A DNA stretch of 64,000 nt, from assembly GCA_934085565.1 (NCBI GenBank), contig CAKOHG010000003.1, positions 6,309 through 70,308 of the forward strand, read 5' to 3'. Origin of the DNA: an uncultured Bacilli bacterium. GTDB lineage: Bacteria > Bacillota_I > Bacilli_A > RF39 > UBA660. The translations under genes and the position numbers were made by a program. Each line of letters opens with the position of its first letter. Positions within the stretch are counted from its first letter, which is position 1. The notes under the pieces were generated by a model. That model worked only from the letters and a program-made list of their open reading frames with translations. It made no database searches and was not told the DNA's origin. Shown here one piece after another: positions 1 through 9,106 of the stretch.

Positions 1-2
1 TT

Positions 3-626
3 TATAATTTCTATAATATTGGTGCTTACTCTTCTGCTGAAAATCCAGCTAAAGCTGGTTTAGTTTACGCTTCGACTGGGGCAAGTAAAAATAGTGAAGG
101 AGTATACGCTGGTAATACAGGAAGTAACAATAATAATCCGGATAATGGCAAAGACGATAATAAAAAAGATGATGACAAGAAAGACGATGTTGTTCCAGTA
201 GTCACACCAGTTAGTACTCATTTATCTAACATGGGATTAAATCAAAAAGGTGAATTTGTTACTAATCTTTCACTTAATGTTACTGCCGGTAGTTTAAAAA
301 ATAAAACGATTGCTAGTGAGGTAACTATTAAAAGAGATAATGGCTCTTTAGTAGGAGATTCTGAAAAAATTCATACTGGTGATATCATTACCTTTAGTAA
401 TGGCGAATCAAGAAAAGTAGTTATTTATGGAGACTTAACTGGAGATGGGGAGATTAATTCAGCCGATTTACTTCGTATGCGCCAAGTTCTACTTAAGAAA
501 GTTACTTTAACAGGTGCATATTTAGAAGCTTCTCATGTTTATACCACCAGTGGTGCTGCGAATTCTTCTGACTTACTTCGTTTAAGACAATATTTATTAG
601 GTAAAACAGGCATAAATCAAGCCTAG
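3..626 (+). CDS. Secreted protein, C-terminal fragment ending in a dockerin-like module (5' end lies outside the window)
   Basis: Frame 3 is open from base 3 (YNFYNIGAYSSAENPAK...), so the M at 231 is internal. The C-terminus has a canonical dockerin Ca-binding repeat, GDLTGDGEINSADLLRMRQVLL, and a degenerate second repeat, TSGAANSSDLLRLRQYLLG. Confidence 0.75.
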   Translation, partial: YNFYNIGAYSSAENPAKAGLVYASTGASKNSEGVYAGNTGSNNNNPDNGKDDNKKDDDKKDDVVPVVTPVSTHLSNMGLNQKGEFVTNLSLNVTAGSLKNKTIASEVTIKRDNGSLVGDSEKIHTGDIITFSNGESRKVVIYGDLTGDGEINSADLLRMRQVLLKKVTLTGAYLEASHVYTTSGAANSSDLLRLRQYLLGKTGINQA

Positions 627-637
627 AAAGGGAACTT

Positions 638-2233
638 ATGAAAAAGAAATTATTACTTTTAATCCCTTGCGTGATAGGGTTAAATGTTCATGCAGCGAGT
701 GTCAATGTTACTTCTTCTGCTAATTATATTGAAGCAGGTGGTCGTGTCACATTTTATATTAATATGCAAGGAGTAGGGGCTTGGTCTTTACAAGGAAATG
801 GCTATGGAGCTACTTCTAATTGTTCTTTAGGAGATAATGGAACGGGAGACTCGGGAACAGGTACGAATATTAATAAGACATTATCCGTTACTTGTACAGC
901 AACTTCGGTAGGGCAAATTGGTTTTTCCGTGACCGGTAATGTGAGTTCTGTTAATTCTGATAAAATTGACACTATTAATGTAAATACAAGTAAAATTGTC
1001 ACTGTTACAGCCCCAAGAGAAAAAGATACAAATAACTATTTAAAAAGTATTCAAGTAGGAGAATATGCTCTTTCGCCAACCTTTAATAAAGATACTTTAG
1101 AATATACTGTTAATGTTCCATCTACTGTAAATAAAGTGAAAATAGATGCAACAAAAGAAAGCAGCTATGCTACCGTTAGTGGAACTGGCGAGGTAGAAGT
1201 TAATGAAGGCGTTAATACTTTTGAAATAAAGGTTTTAAGTGAAACGGGTAGTGAAAGAATTTATAAGGTCATTGTTAATGTGAAAGATGATAACCCTATT
1301 AATGTTAAAATTAATGATTCCGAATATGTAGTTGTTAAAAATGCTAAAAATTTAGAAACACCATCTGGATATGAAGCAAAAACAATTAAAATTAGTAATT
1401 TTGATATTCCCGCTTTTTATAGTGAAACAACAGGGTTTACTTTAGTTCCTTTAAAAGACAACAAAGGTGATGTTTCTTACGCGATTTATAATGAAGAACA
1501 AAATACTTACACATTATATAATGAAAATAAATCTGACCAACTTATTCTTTATATTAAAAGTATTCCAGAAGAAAAAGAAGGATTTCAAAAAACAACGGTG
1601 AAAATTAATAATGAAACTTATGAGGCTTTACAAAGTGAAGATGGAAGTATAACGCTTATTTACGCAATGAATATTGTCACTGGTAAAGAAAATTATTACA
1701 TATATGATAAAGAAGAAAATTCATATGTGATTTATAATGATAAAATGCTTTTATCTGTAAAAGAAGAATTATTGAAATATAAAAATGTTATTTTATATAT
1801 GGCTGGTGGAATTATTTTATTACTTCTTTTATTAATGATTGCTCTTTTAAAGAAAAACAAAAAGAAACAAATTGTTATTCCGGAGCAATTTTTACCACCA
1901 TCACAACCAGTAAAAGAAGAAAAAAAGGTTGAAAAAGAACCCAAAAAAGAAAGCAAATCAAAACAAAATAAAAATACCAAAGAAAAAGAAGCCACTTCTG
2001 AAGTCAAAAAAGATACCATAGATAAAAAGCCTTCTAAAGCAAATTTTCAAAGTAAAGATGATGTTTTATCTAAAGTAAATGATGCCACAAGTATTATTGA
2101 AAATTATGAAAAATCCATTAAAAATACTCAAAAAGAGCTGGAAAAAAAGAAAGAGAAAAAAGAAGATTTAGAAGAAACAGAAATGTATGATATTTTTGAA
2201 GATGATAAGAAGAAAAAGAGAAAGAAAAAATGA
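638..2233 (+). CDS. Type I membrane surface protein: signal peptide, Ig/cohesin-like N-module, cadherin-like beta-sandwich domain, one TM segment, K/E-rich cytoplasmic tail
   Basis: SD GAAAGGGAA lies upstream. Signal peptide is MKKKLLLLIPCVIGLNVHAAS. YLKSIQVGEYALSPTFNKDTLEYTVNVPSTVNKVKIDA...YKVIVNV matches the cadherin-like beta-sandwich pattern. TM segment is VILYMAGGIILLLLLLMIALL, followed by a lysine/glutamate-rich tail. Confidence 0.7.
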   Translation: MKKKLLLLIPCVIGLNVHAASVNVTSSANYIEAGGRVTFYINMQGVGAWSLQGNGYGATSNCSLGDNGTGDSGTGTNINKTLSVTCTATSVGQIGFSVTGNVSSVNSDKIDTINVNTSKIVTVTAPREKDTNNYLKSIQVGEYALSPTFNKDTLEYTVNVPSTVNKVKIDATKESSYATVSGTGEVEVNEGVNTFEIKVLSETGSERIYKVIVNVKDDNPINVKINDSEYVVVKNAKNLETPSGYEAKTIKISNFDIPAFYSETTGFTLVPLKDNKGDVSYAIYNEEQNTYTLYNENKSDQLILYIKSIPEEKEGFQKTTVKINNETYEALQSEDGSITLIYAMNIVTGKENYYIYDKEENSYVIYNDKMLLSVKEELLKYKNVILYMAGGIILLLLLLMIALLKKNKKKQIVIPEQFLPPSQPVKEEKKVEKEPKKESKSKQNKNTKEKEATSEVKKDTIDKKPSKANFQSKDDVLSKVNDATSIIENYEKSIKNTQKELEKKKEKKEDLEETEMYDIFEDDKKKKRKKK

Positions 2234-3291
2234 GTAGGTATTTAGAGTCCTTAAATAATGAGGTGAAAGAGTATTTTAAAATTCTTTCACCGACTTATCC
2301 TTTATGGTTAGATGATTATATTAATACACCGGCTATGAAAAGAATTAGCAAAATCAGCATGAATTGTGGAACAGATTACTCAAAGTGTTTTGATGTTCAA
2401 TACTTTTATTCTAATTTAGAACACTCTGTTGGTGTGGCGCTTATCATTTGGCATTTTACACATGATAAAAAACAAACTTTAGCAGGGCTTTTTCATGAAA
2501 TTGCTAATCCTGCTTTTAGGCATTGTATTGATTTTATGTATGAAGATTCCTTAAAGCAAGAAAAGACACAAAAAAACACCAAAGAAACAATTCTTTCTTC
2601 TAAAGAAATTATGAAACTTTTGGAAAGAGATAATATTTCTATAGAAGAGGTATGTGACTATAAAAAGTATTCTTTAGCAGATAATGAAACTCCTAAGTTG
2701 GCAGCAGATCGTTTGGAATATAACTTTTCAGGTGGTTTAACTCTTTTTAAAGTTTGGAATATTTCAGCTATTAAAGAAATTTATAATAATATTACTATTT
2801 TAAAAAATGAGGATGGTAAAAAGGAATTAGGATTTAAAGCTGTAGATATTTGTGAAAAATATTTACAAACGGTTTCTAAGTTATGGCCTTCATGGGTAAG
2901 TGATACTGATAGAACTTTAATGCAATTTTATGCTGATATGTGTAAATCTCTTTCTAAAATAGGAAAGTTGACTATTAAAGATTTGTATTCTTTATCTGAA
3001 AAAGAAATTATAGATAAATTTTTGAAGTGTGAAGATCTTTATTTAAAGAAAGCTTTTCAAAGTTTTTTAAAAGTAACAAAGGCCTATCCTTCTGATACTT
3101 ATAAAGAGGATAAATATTGTGTAAAAATAACAACAAAAAGTAGATATATTGTTCCTTTAGTTCTTGTTGATGGAAAACCAAGAAGAATTACGGAAGTGTC
3201 TTTTGGAGCTGAAAAAATAATAGAAGATTATCTAAACATCCCTAAAGGCGGATACTATACTTATTTTGATTTTGAATTTAAACCTTATTGA
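2230..3291 (+). CDS. HD-superfamily-like phosphohydrolase (divergent; H-E in place of H-D)
   Basis: HSVGVALIIWHF...LAGLFHEIANPAFRHCIDF resembles the H...HD(IGHxPFSH) core of dNTPase-like HD domains. ATGA overlap with the upstream gene. Confidence 0.45.
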   Translation: MSRYLESLNNEVKEYFKILSPTYPLWLDDYINTPAMKRISKISMNCGTDYSKCFDVQYFYSNLEHSVGVALIIWHFTHDKKQTLAGLFHEIANPAFRHCIDFMYEDSLKQEKTQKNTKETILSSKEIMKLLERDNISIEEVCDYKKYSLADNETPKLAADRLEYNFSGGLTLFKVWNISAIKEIYNNITILKNEDGKKELGFKAVDICEKYLQTVSKLWPSWVSDTDRTLMQFYADMCKSLSKIGKLTIKDLYSLSEKEIIDKFLKCEDLYLKKAFQSFLKVTKAYPSDTYKEDKYCVKITTKSRYIVPLVLVDGKPRRITEVSFGAEKIIEDYLNIPKGGYYTYFDFEFKPY

Positions 3292-3319
3292 AAGCTAGAT
3301 TTTATTTTCTAGCTTTTTT
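3291..3319 (+). terminator. Rho-independent terminator
   Basis: aaagctaga-N8-tctagcttt hairpin followed by a T-run, directly after the stop codon. Confidence 0.7.
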
Positions 3320-3379
3320 GATATTTAATAGGTATAATAAGAAAGTGAAATGTGATTTAGAAAGAAAGGTGATTGAAAA

Positions 3380-3643
3380 ATGAAAATGGAAGAAATCGAA
3401 ATATCTAAAAAAACTTCTTTTAGTTTCTCTTTTCTCGGAACATTGTGCACTATTTATCTTTTAAATAATTTGATAAAAAGTGATGAGATTGTATCTAAAG
3501 CACTTTATGGATATGGAGTCTATTTCAGTGGAGCAGGTGCAGGATTTTCTACCTATTTATATGTGAATTTTTTAAAAATGAAAAAAGAATTATTAGAAGA
3601 ATTAAATAAAAGAAACATTCAAGAAAAAGGCAAAACAAGATGA
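3380..3643 (+). CDS. Small membrane protein, unknown function
   Basis: SD AAAGGTGA upstream. Two hydrophobic segments. ATGA overlap with the next gene. Confidence 0.5.
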   Translation: MKMEEIEISKKTSFSFSFLGTLCTIYLLNNLIKSDEIVSKALYGYGVYFSGAGAGFSTYLYVNFLKMKKELLEELNKRNIQEKGKTR

Positions 3644-4869
3644 AAAAAGTAAATAAATTATTGGTATATTTTTTATATGCCCTTCCTTTTATAGATTTAT
3701 TAACATCTATGGCTACATGGGAATCTAAGCCAAGTATTGGACTCTTTTTAAAAGGCTTGTTTGTTATCATAACGAGTATTTATGTTTTTTATCAAAATCG
3801 TCAAAAAAGATTATATCGGTATATATATGGTCTTTTTATTATTTATCTTCTTTTATATGGAGGTTATCTAGTTTTAAATAAGCCAGATACGATTTTTGTC
3901 GAACTTATTAATATTACTAAAATCTTTTATTTTCCTTTTTTAGCCTTGTTTTTTTCACAATATAAAAATGAAAATATAAATAAAAAATTATTTTTTTATT
4001 ATGCCGTTTGTTTCTTATTTTTATATTTAATACCATATCCTTTTGGTTTAGGACATAATATAAATGAAATATATGAAAATAAAAGCTTATATTTATCTTA
4101 TTTTTATGTTGGAAATGAATTAGTAAATATTTTTATTTTAATTCTTCCTATTGGTTATCTTTATTTGAAAGAAAAATCAAGAATTTATTTATTGGGTTAT
4201 GTTATCATCATCTTTTTAATGATGTTATTATTAGGTACTAAAACCATGTATTTTAGTGTTGTTTTATTACTCTTATATGGTATATATCGACGTAAAGATA
4301 CTTTCGTTAAATATGTTAAAAGAAATATTAAATTATTATTAGGTGTCCTAATAATAGGAATTGTTCTTTTTGGGTTTATGTTTCCTCAAACCACTTTTTA
4401 TAAAAATATAAAAACAACGTTAAATTATTATCAAATTACAAGTATTAGTGATATTTTTACGTGGAATAATATTGATAATGTTTTGTATAGTCATCGTTTA
4501 ACTTTTGTTAAAGATTTACATAATGTTTATCAAAGTTCTTCTTTTGAGCAAAAAATATTGGGAATAGGAAGACAAAAAATTATATCTTTGAAAGACGCAG
4601 AAATAGATATTTTTGATATTTTTTATAGCATAGGTATTTTAGGAATGTTACTTTATATTGGCTTATTTATAGTTGTTGTAAAAAAGTCTTCTTTAAAAGG
4701 AATATATGCTTACTTATTCTGGCTTCTTATTCTTATTTCAATGTTTTCAGGACATGTTTTACTTAGTCCTATGACATCTACTTACTTAGCCATTATGATA
4801 GGCATTAACTATAATGAAGGGAGAAAAAATAATGAAAAAATGGACTCAAAATCAATTAAGACGTCTTAG
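3640..4869 (+). CDS. Polytopic membrane protein, O-antigen ligase/polymerase (Wzy)-like
   Basis: About 10 or more hydrophobic helices. One larger loop is followed by IGILGMLLYIGLF-type helices. Lies in the glycopolymer locus and is paralogous to the middle of the 6472..8985 product. Confidence 0.5.
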   Translation: MKKVNKLLVYFLYALPFIDLLTSMATWESKPSIGLFLKGLFVIITSIYVFYQNRQKRLYRYIYGLFIIYLLLYGGYLVLNKPDTIFVELINITKIFYFPFLALFFSQYKNENINKKLFFYYAVCFLFLYLIPYPFGLGHNINEIYENKSLYLSYFYVGNELVNIFILILPIGYLYLKEKSRIYLLGYVIIIFLMMLLLGTKTMYFSVVLLLLYGIYRRKDTFVKYVKRNIKLLLGVLIIGIVLFGFMFPQTTFYKNIKTTLNYYQITSISDIFTWNNIDNVLYSHRLTFVKDLHNVYQSSSFEQKILGIGRQKIISLKDAEIDIFDIFYSIGILGMLLYIGLFIVVVKKSSLKGIYAYLFWLLILISMFSGHVLLSPMTSTYLAIMIGINYNEGRKNNEKMDSKSIKTS

Positions 4870-5362
4870 AATTTTCTTTATTTTAAATAGTGATAAAAGA
4901 AACAAATATATTAAAAAACATCATATTTTCTACGAGATGGGAGAGAATGTCTTTTTTCAACCACGTATTATTCCGGCAGATCCTCATTTAATTAAACTAC
5001 ATAATAATATTGTAATTACAAGTAATGTTACATTTGTAACTCATGACATTTTTCATTTAGGATTAAATAATCTAAGTAAAGGACATTTTGATTATAATCA
5101 AAATTGTATTGAAATTATGGATAATGTTTTTATTGGGTGTAATACGACTATTTTAGGAAATGTAAAGATAGGATCTAATGTTATTGTGGGAGCTGGTAGT
5201 GTGGTTACCAAAGATATTCCTGATAATTCTTTAGTGGTTGGTAATCCTGCTAAGGTAATTGGAACATTTGAAGAATTCTTAGAAAAAAGAAGTTTGATAA
5301 AAGAAGAAAGTGATTTAAGCCTTATATGGCAAAAATTTGATGAAGAAAGACGAAAAAGCTAA
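4832..5362 (+). CDS. Left-handed beta-helix (hexapeptide-repeat) O-acetyltransferase
   Basis: Hexapeptide run NVFIGCNTTILGNVKIGSNVIVGAGSVVTKDIPDNSLVVGNPAKVIG. Start moved to the ATG at 4832, 8 nt after AAGGGAG. Confidence 0.8.
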   Translation: MKKWTQNQLRRLRIFFILNSDKRNKYIKKHHIFYEMGENVFFQPRIIPADPHLIKLHNNIVITSNVTFVTHDIFHLGLNNLSKGHFDYNQNCIEIMDNVFIGCNTTILGNVKIGSNVIVGAGSVVTKDIPDNSLVVGNPAKVIGTFEEFLEKRSLIKEESDLSLIWQKFDEERRKS

Positions 5363-5423
5363 AAAAATGATGTTTTTCTTCTTTTTTTTAATGTATAATA
5401 AATGACAAGAGGAGCTGGTTTTT

Positions 5424-6488
5424 ATGCGTCTAGAAGTGACAATTCCTAATATCTTATTGATGGTTTTAACAACCTTTATTTTTAGTGTCTTATTAGTGCC
5501 TATTTTTAAAAAGGTAGCCTTTCATATTAAGGCACTAGATTACCCTAATAAAAGAAGATTAAATAAGGTTCCCATGCCAACAATTGGTGGCTTAGCCGTT
5601 TTCTTTGCTTTCTTGTTTGGATATATGATTTTTGGCCGAGGAACAGTTGAGATGTTATCGGTAATTATTGCCAGTTTTGTCATCATTTTAGTGGGACTAA
5701 TTGATGATATTAACCCAATATCCGCTAAGTATCAATTCTTAGGACAATTAGTAGCTATTTTCATTATTATTTTTTACGGTAATTTAACTATTGATAATAT
5801 GACAATTTTAGGCGCCACCTTTAATTTCCCAGCTCCTATTAATTACTTAGTAACCACAGTTTTTATGTTAGGAATTATTAATGCCATCGACTTATCTGAT
5901 GGTATGGATGGTCTTTGCAGTGGTATTAGTACTATTTATTTCATTACAATTACAAGTATTGCTTTATTATTACAAATGGCTGGAAATATTGACAGCACCA
6001 TTTCTATTTTAATGATAGGTTCTTTGCTAGGATTTTTAGTTTATAACTTTCCTCCTGCTAAAATTTATTTAGGCGATACAGGAAGTAATTTTGTAGGACT
6101 TATGATTGCTGTTACGGCTCTTTATAGTTTTAAGGTAGCAACCGTTACCTCCTTAATTGTTCCTCTTCTTATTTTAGCTACCCCAATTATTGATGTTTTC
6201 TTTGCTATTGTAAGAAGAAGCTTAAAGAAACAAAATCCTTTTACAAATCCTGATAAAGAACATTTACATCATCAACTTTTAAAAATGAAATTTTCAACTA
6301 AGACATCATTACTGGTCATTTATTTAATTAACTTTGCTTTTTCAGGGGCGACAGTGCTATATGCTTTAGGTGATTTTGATTTAGCTTTACCTTTATACAT
6401 CGCTTTAATGATAGTCTTTTTATTCATTGTTTTAAAAACTAATATTTTATTTGAAAGAAAGGGTGACAAACATGTTAAAAAATCCTAA
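5424..6488 (+). CDS. tagO: Undecaprenyl-phosphate GlcNAc-1-phosphate transferase (MraY/WecA glycosyltransferase family 4)
   Basis: Polytopic protein with NAIDLSDGMDGL and IYLGDTGSNFVGL motifs typical of WecA/TagO. SD AGAGGAG upstream. Confidence 0.85.
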   Translation: MRLEVTIPNILLMVLTTFIFSVLLVPIFKKVAFHIKALDYPNKRRLNKVPMPTIGGLAVFFAFLFGYMIFGRGTVEMLSVIIASFVIILVGLIDDINPISAKYQFLGQLVAIFIIIFYGNLTIDNMTILGATFNFPAPINYLVTTVFMLGIINAIDLSDGMDGLCSGISTIYFITITSIALLLQMAGNIDSTISILMIGSLLGFLVYNFPPAKIYLGDTGSNFVGLMIAVTALYSFKVATVTSLIVPLLILATPIIDVFFAIVRRSLKKQNPFTNPDKEHLHHQLLKMKFSTKTSLLVIYLINFAFSGATVLYALGDFDLALPLYIALMIVFLFIVLKTNILFERKGDKHVKKS

Positions 6489-8985
6489 ATTCAAAGAAAT
6501 TATCCGTTATTTAATCGTGGGAGTTTTGACCACGGTTTTAAGTTTAGGAGTATATTTTGGCCTTACGAATACTTTTTTAAATCCTAATAAAAAATTAGAG
6601 CTACAATTGGCTAATATTATTAGTTGGTTTATATCTGTCTTATTTGCTTATTTTGCTAATCGAAAATATGTATTTGAAAGTAAAGAAAAACATATCTTTA
6701 AAGAATCTTTAGCTTTTTTTAGTTCAAGAATTGCTACTCTTATTTTAGATATGCTTATTATGTTTTTAGGCGTTTCCATTTTTAATTTTAACGACAAATT
6801 AGTTAAATTATTTAGTCAAATTGTCATTATTGTTTTAAATTATGTTTTAAGTAAATTATTTGTTTTTCAAAAGAAAAGCAAAAAATTTCTTCTCGAAATG
6901 AAACCTTATTATTTTTATTTTTTACCAATTTTAGATTTTTTGACACTTACTTTTTCACATAATAATTTTGTTTTAATTATTAGTTTATGTTATAAAATCT
7001 TTATTTATATTTTATTAAGTTTATCAATATTTAAACAAAAAAGATATTATTTTCTTTTATTTTTAGGAAGCTATTTAAGTATTCAAATTTTATATTTATT
7101 TTGTCAAAATTATATTACTTTAACTAATATAATAAGTCTTTTAGATATTTTTATGTTACCTTTAGTTTTAACTTCTTTAAAAAAGAATCAGTTAAAAGAA
7201 CTATCACAAGATGTTTTTGTAAATATGTTTTTTCTATATGCTGTTATATGGATATTAGAATATTTTGTATTTAAAACAAATTGCTATAGTTTATATCCAA
7301 TCATGGGTGTTTTACTCTTTGTGATGGTTCCTTCCTTATTAAATCATAATAATTATTTAATGAAAATTATGTCTTTCTTGATAATTTTTGCAGTTACTTT
7401 AATTTCAAAATCTCTTATTTTAGTATTTGCTCTTGTACTTTCTATTGTTCTTTTCTTTAAAAAGAAAAACTGGCAAGTTTGGGTATCTTTATTTTTAGTA
7501 ACAATAGCTTTAGGGGCTTATGGTATTTTCTATCAAAAAAATACGACTTTAGAAAAAGTGTTTTTTGATAACCGTATTATAGATACTTCCAATAATATGG
7601 ATGTTTTTAATCATGCTAATATTGAAGAAAAATTATTTGGTATTTATTCTATTTCTGATTTAGAACTAAAAAGTACGCGAATGGATTATGTTGACATTTT
7701 ATTTACCCTAGGGTATGTAGGTACTTTTGTTTATTTATTATTAATGTTCATGGCTTGTATTAAACAGAAATATACTAAAAATACTATTATTGTTTTTGCA
7801 TATACTCTTTTAATATCTTTGCTAGGCGGTTCTGCTCTTACTAATTTTTCTTATTTAGTATGGATGGCTTTATATATTAATGTTTATCCATTTAAAAAGC
7901 AAAAGAGAGTACTTATTATTTCAAATATGTATCCTTCTAAAAAATATCCACATTATGGAACATTTGTCAAAAATTGTAAAGAAATGTTAGAAGATATGTC
8001 ATTTAAAGTGGATACAGCTGTCAAGTATAAACAAGATAAATTTGTATATAAATTTATAGGTTATTCTTTACTGTATATCAAAGCTATTTTTAATTCAATT
8101 TGGTATTCTTATGATTATTATTATGTTCATTTTACAGCTCAAACCGCGTATTCTATTTTACTTGGAAAATGGACGGGTAAAACAAAACTTATTTGTAATG
8201 TTCATGGTAATGATATTGTACCTGATTATGATTTTGAAGAAAAAAATGTCAAAAGAAGTCAAATTATTTTAAAGTATGCTGACAAGGTTGTTTGTCCTTC
8301 TTCTTATTTTCAAGATGTTTTAGTAAAAGAATATCATATTTCAACTAAAAAGGTTATTGTTTTTCCTTCTGGTGGCGTTAACTTAGAAAGATTTAAAGAA
8401 TTAGATAAAGAAGAGTGTCAAAAAGCCTTAGGACTTGACACTAAGTATCAATACTATGGTTGTGTTACCCGTATGGAAAAAAATAAAGGCTGGGATACGA
8501 TTTTAAATGTTTTAAGTGAATTAAAGAAAGATAAAAAATTAAATAACATAAAACTTTTATTTGTCGGATCTGGCATGGAAGAACCTGATTTTCGAGCACT
8601 CATGAAAAAGAATCATTTAGAAAAGGATGTCATTATTAAACCTTTTGTAACTCAAGAAGAACTAGCAAGCTATTATAATGCTTTAGATTTATTTATTTTT
8701 CCAACGAAGAGAAAAAGTGAATCTTTAGGGTTAGTAGGCTTAGAAGCAATGGCTTGTAAAACTTTTGTCATTGGTTGTGATTTATATGGCCCAAGAGAGT
8801 ACTTGAAAAATAATAAAAATAGTCTAACTTTTAAAACAGAAAAGGAATTATATGAAGCTATTTTAAAATATCAACGTATGAGTGAAAATGAAAAAGAAAA
8901 AATTATAAAAAATGGTTATAAAACAGCTCAAAATTATAATGCTGATTTAATGGAAGATAGATTAAAACAAATTTTTAAAAACTAA
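6472..8985 (+). CDS. Three-module fusion: GtrA-like N-terminus + Wzy/O-antigen-ligase-like polytopic domain + C-terminal GT-B family 1 glycosyltransferase
   Basis: N-terminus: IIRYLIVGVLTTVLSLGVYF...FANRKYVFE...LNYVLSKLFVFQKK (GtrA pattern). Middle: many TM segments. C-terminus: NKGWD...ESLGLVGLEAMACKTFVIG (GT1/GT4 motif). Start moved to the ATG at 6472 after AAGGGTGA. Confidence 0.7.
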   Translation: MLKNPKFKEIIRYLIVGVLTTVLSLGVYFGLTNTFLNPNKKLELQLANIISWFISVLFAYFANRKYVFESKEKHIFKESLAFFSSRIATLILDMLIMFLGVSIFNFNDKLVKLFSQIVIIVLNYVLSKLFVFQKKSKKFLLEMKPYYFYFLPILDFLTLTFSHNNFVLIISLCYKIFIYILLSLSIFKQKRYYFLLFLGSYLSIQILYLFCQNYITLTNIISLLDIFMLPLVLTSLKKNQLKELSQDVFVNMFFLYAVIWILEYFVFKTNCYSLYPIMGVLLFVMVPSLLNHNNYLMKIMSFLIIFAVTLISKSLILVFALVLSIVLFFKKKNWQVWVSLFLVTIALGAYGIFYQKNTTLEKVFFDNRIIDTSNNMDVFNHANIEEKLFGIYSISDLELKSTRMDYVDILFTLGYVGTFVYLLLMFMACIKQKYTKNTIIVFAYTLLISLLGGSALTNFSYLVWMALYINVYPFKKQKRVLIISNMYPSKKYPHYGTFVKNCKEMLEDMSFKVDTAVKYKQDKFVYKFIGYSLLYIKAIFNSIWYSYDYYYVHFTAQTAYSILLGKWTGKTKLICNVHGNDIVPDYDFEEKNVKRSQIILKYADKVVCPSSYFQDVLVKEYHISTKKVIVFPSGGVNLERFKELDKEECQKALGLDTKYQYYGCVTRMEKNKGWDTILNVLSELKKDKKLNNIKLLFVGSGMEEPDFRALMKKNHLEKDVIIKPFVTQEELASYYNALDLFIFPTKRKSESLGLVGLEAMACKTFVIGCDLYGPREYLKNNKNSLTFKTEKELYEAILKYQRMSENEKEKIIKNGYKTAQNYNADLMEDRLKQIFKN

Positions 8986-8990
8986 TAAGA

Positions 8991-9024
8991 AAATTCTGGT
9001 TACAAAAAACTAGAATTTTTTTTA
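8991..9024 (+). terminator. Rho-independent terminator
   Basis: aaattctgg-N10-ctagaattt hairpin plus T8. Confidence 0.7.
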
Positions 9025-9106
9025 CTTTAAAAATATAGGAATATCGTTGTTATTATAGTATAATGAATGAAATTATAAGAGTATTTAATGAAGGAGAAAA
9101 GCGAAA

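Noticed and set aside
1860-2230. A/G-rich low-complexity DNA (also 19480..19700, 53700..54100 and 55650..56290) that looks repeat-like
   Set aside because: These are in-frame K/E-rich coding segments with only degenerate periodicity. There are no spacer-repeat units, so this is not a CRISPR array or a satellite.
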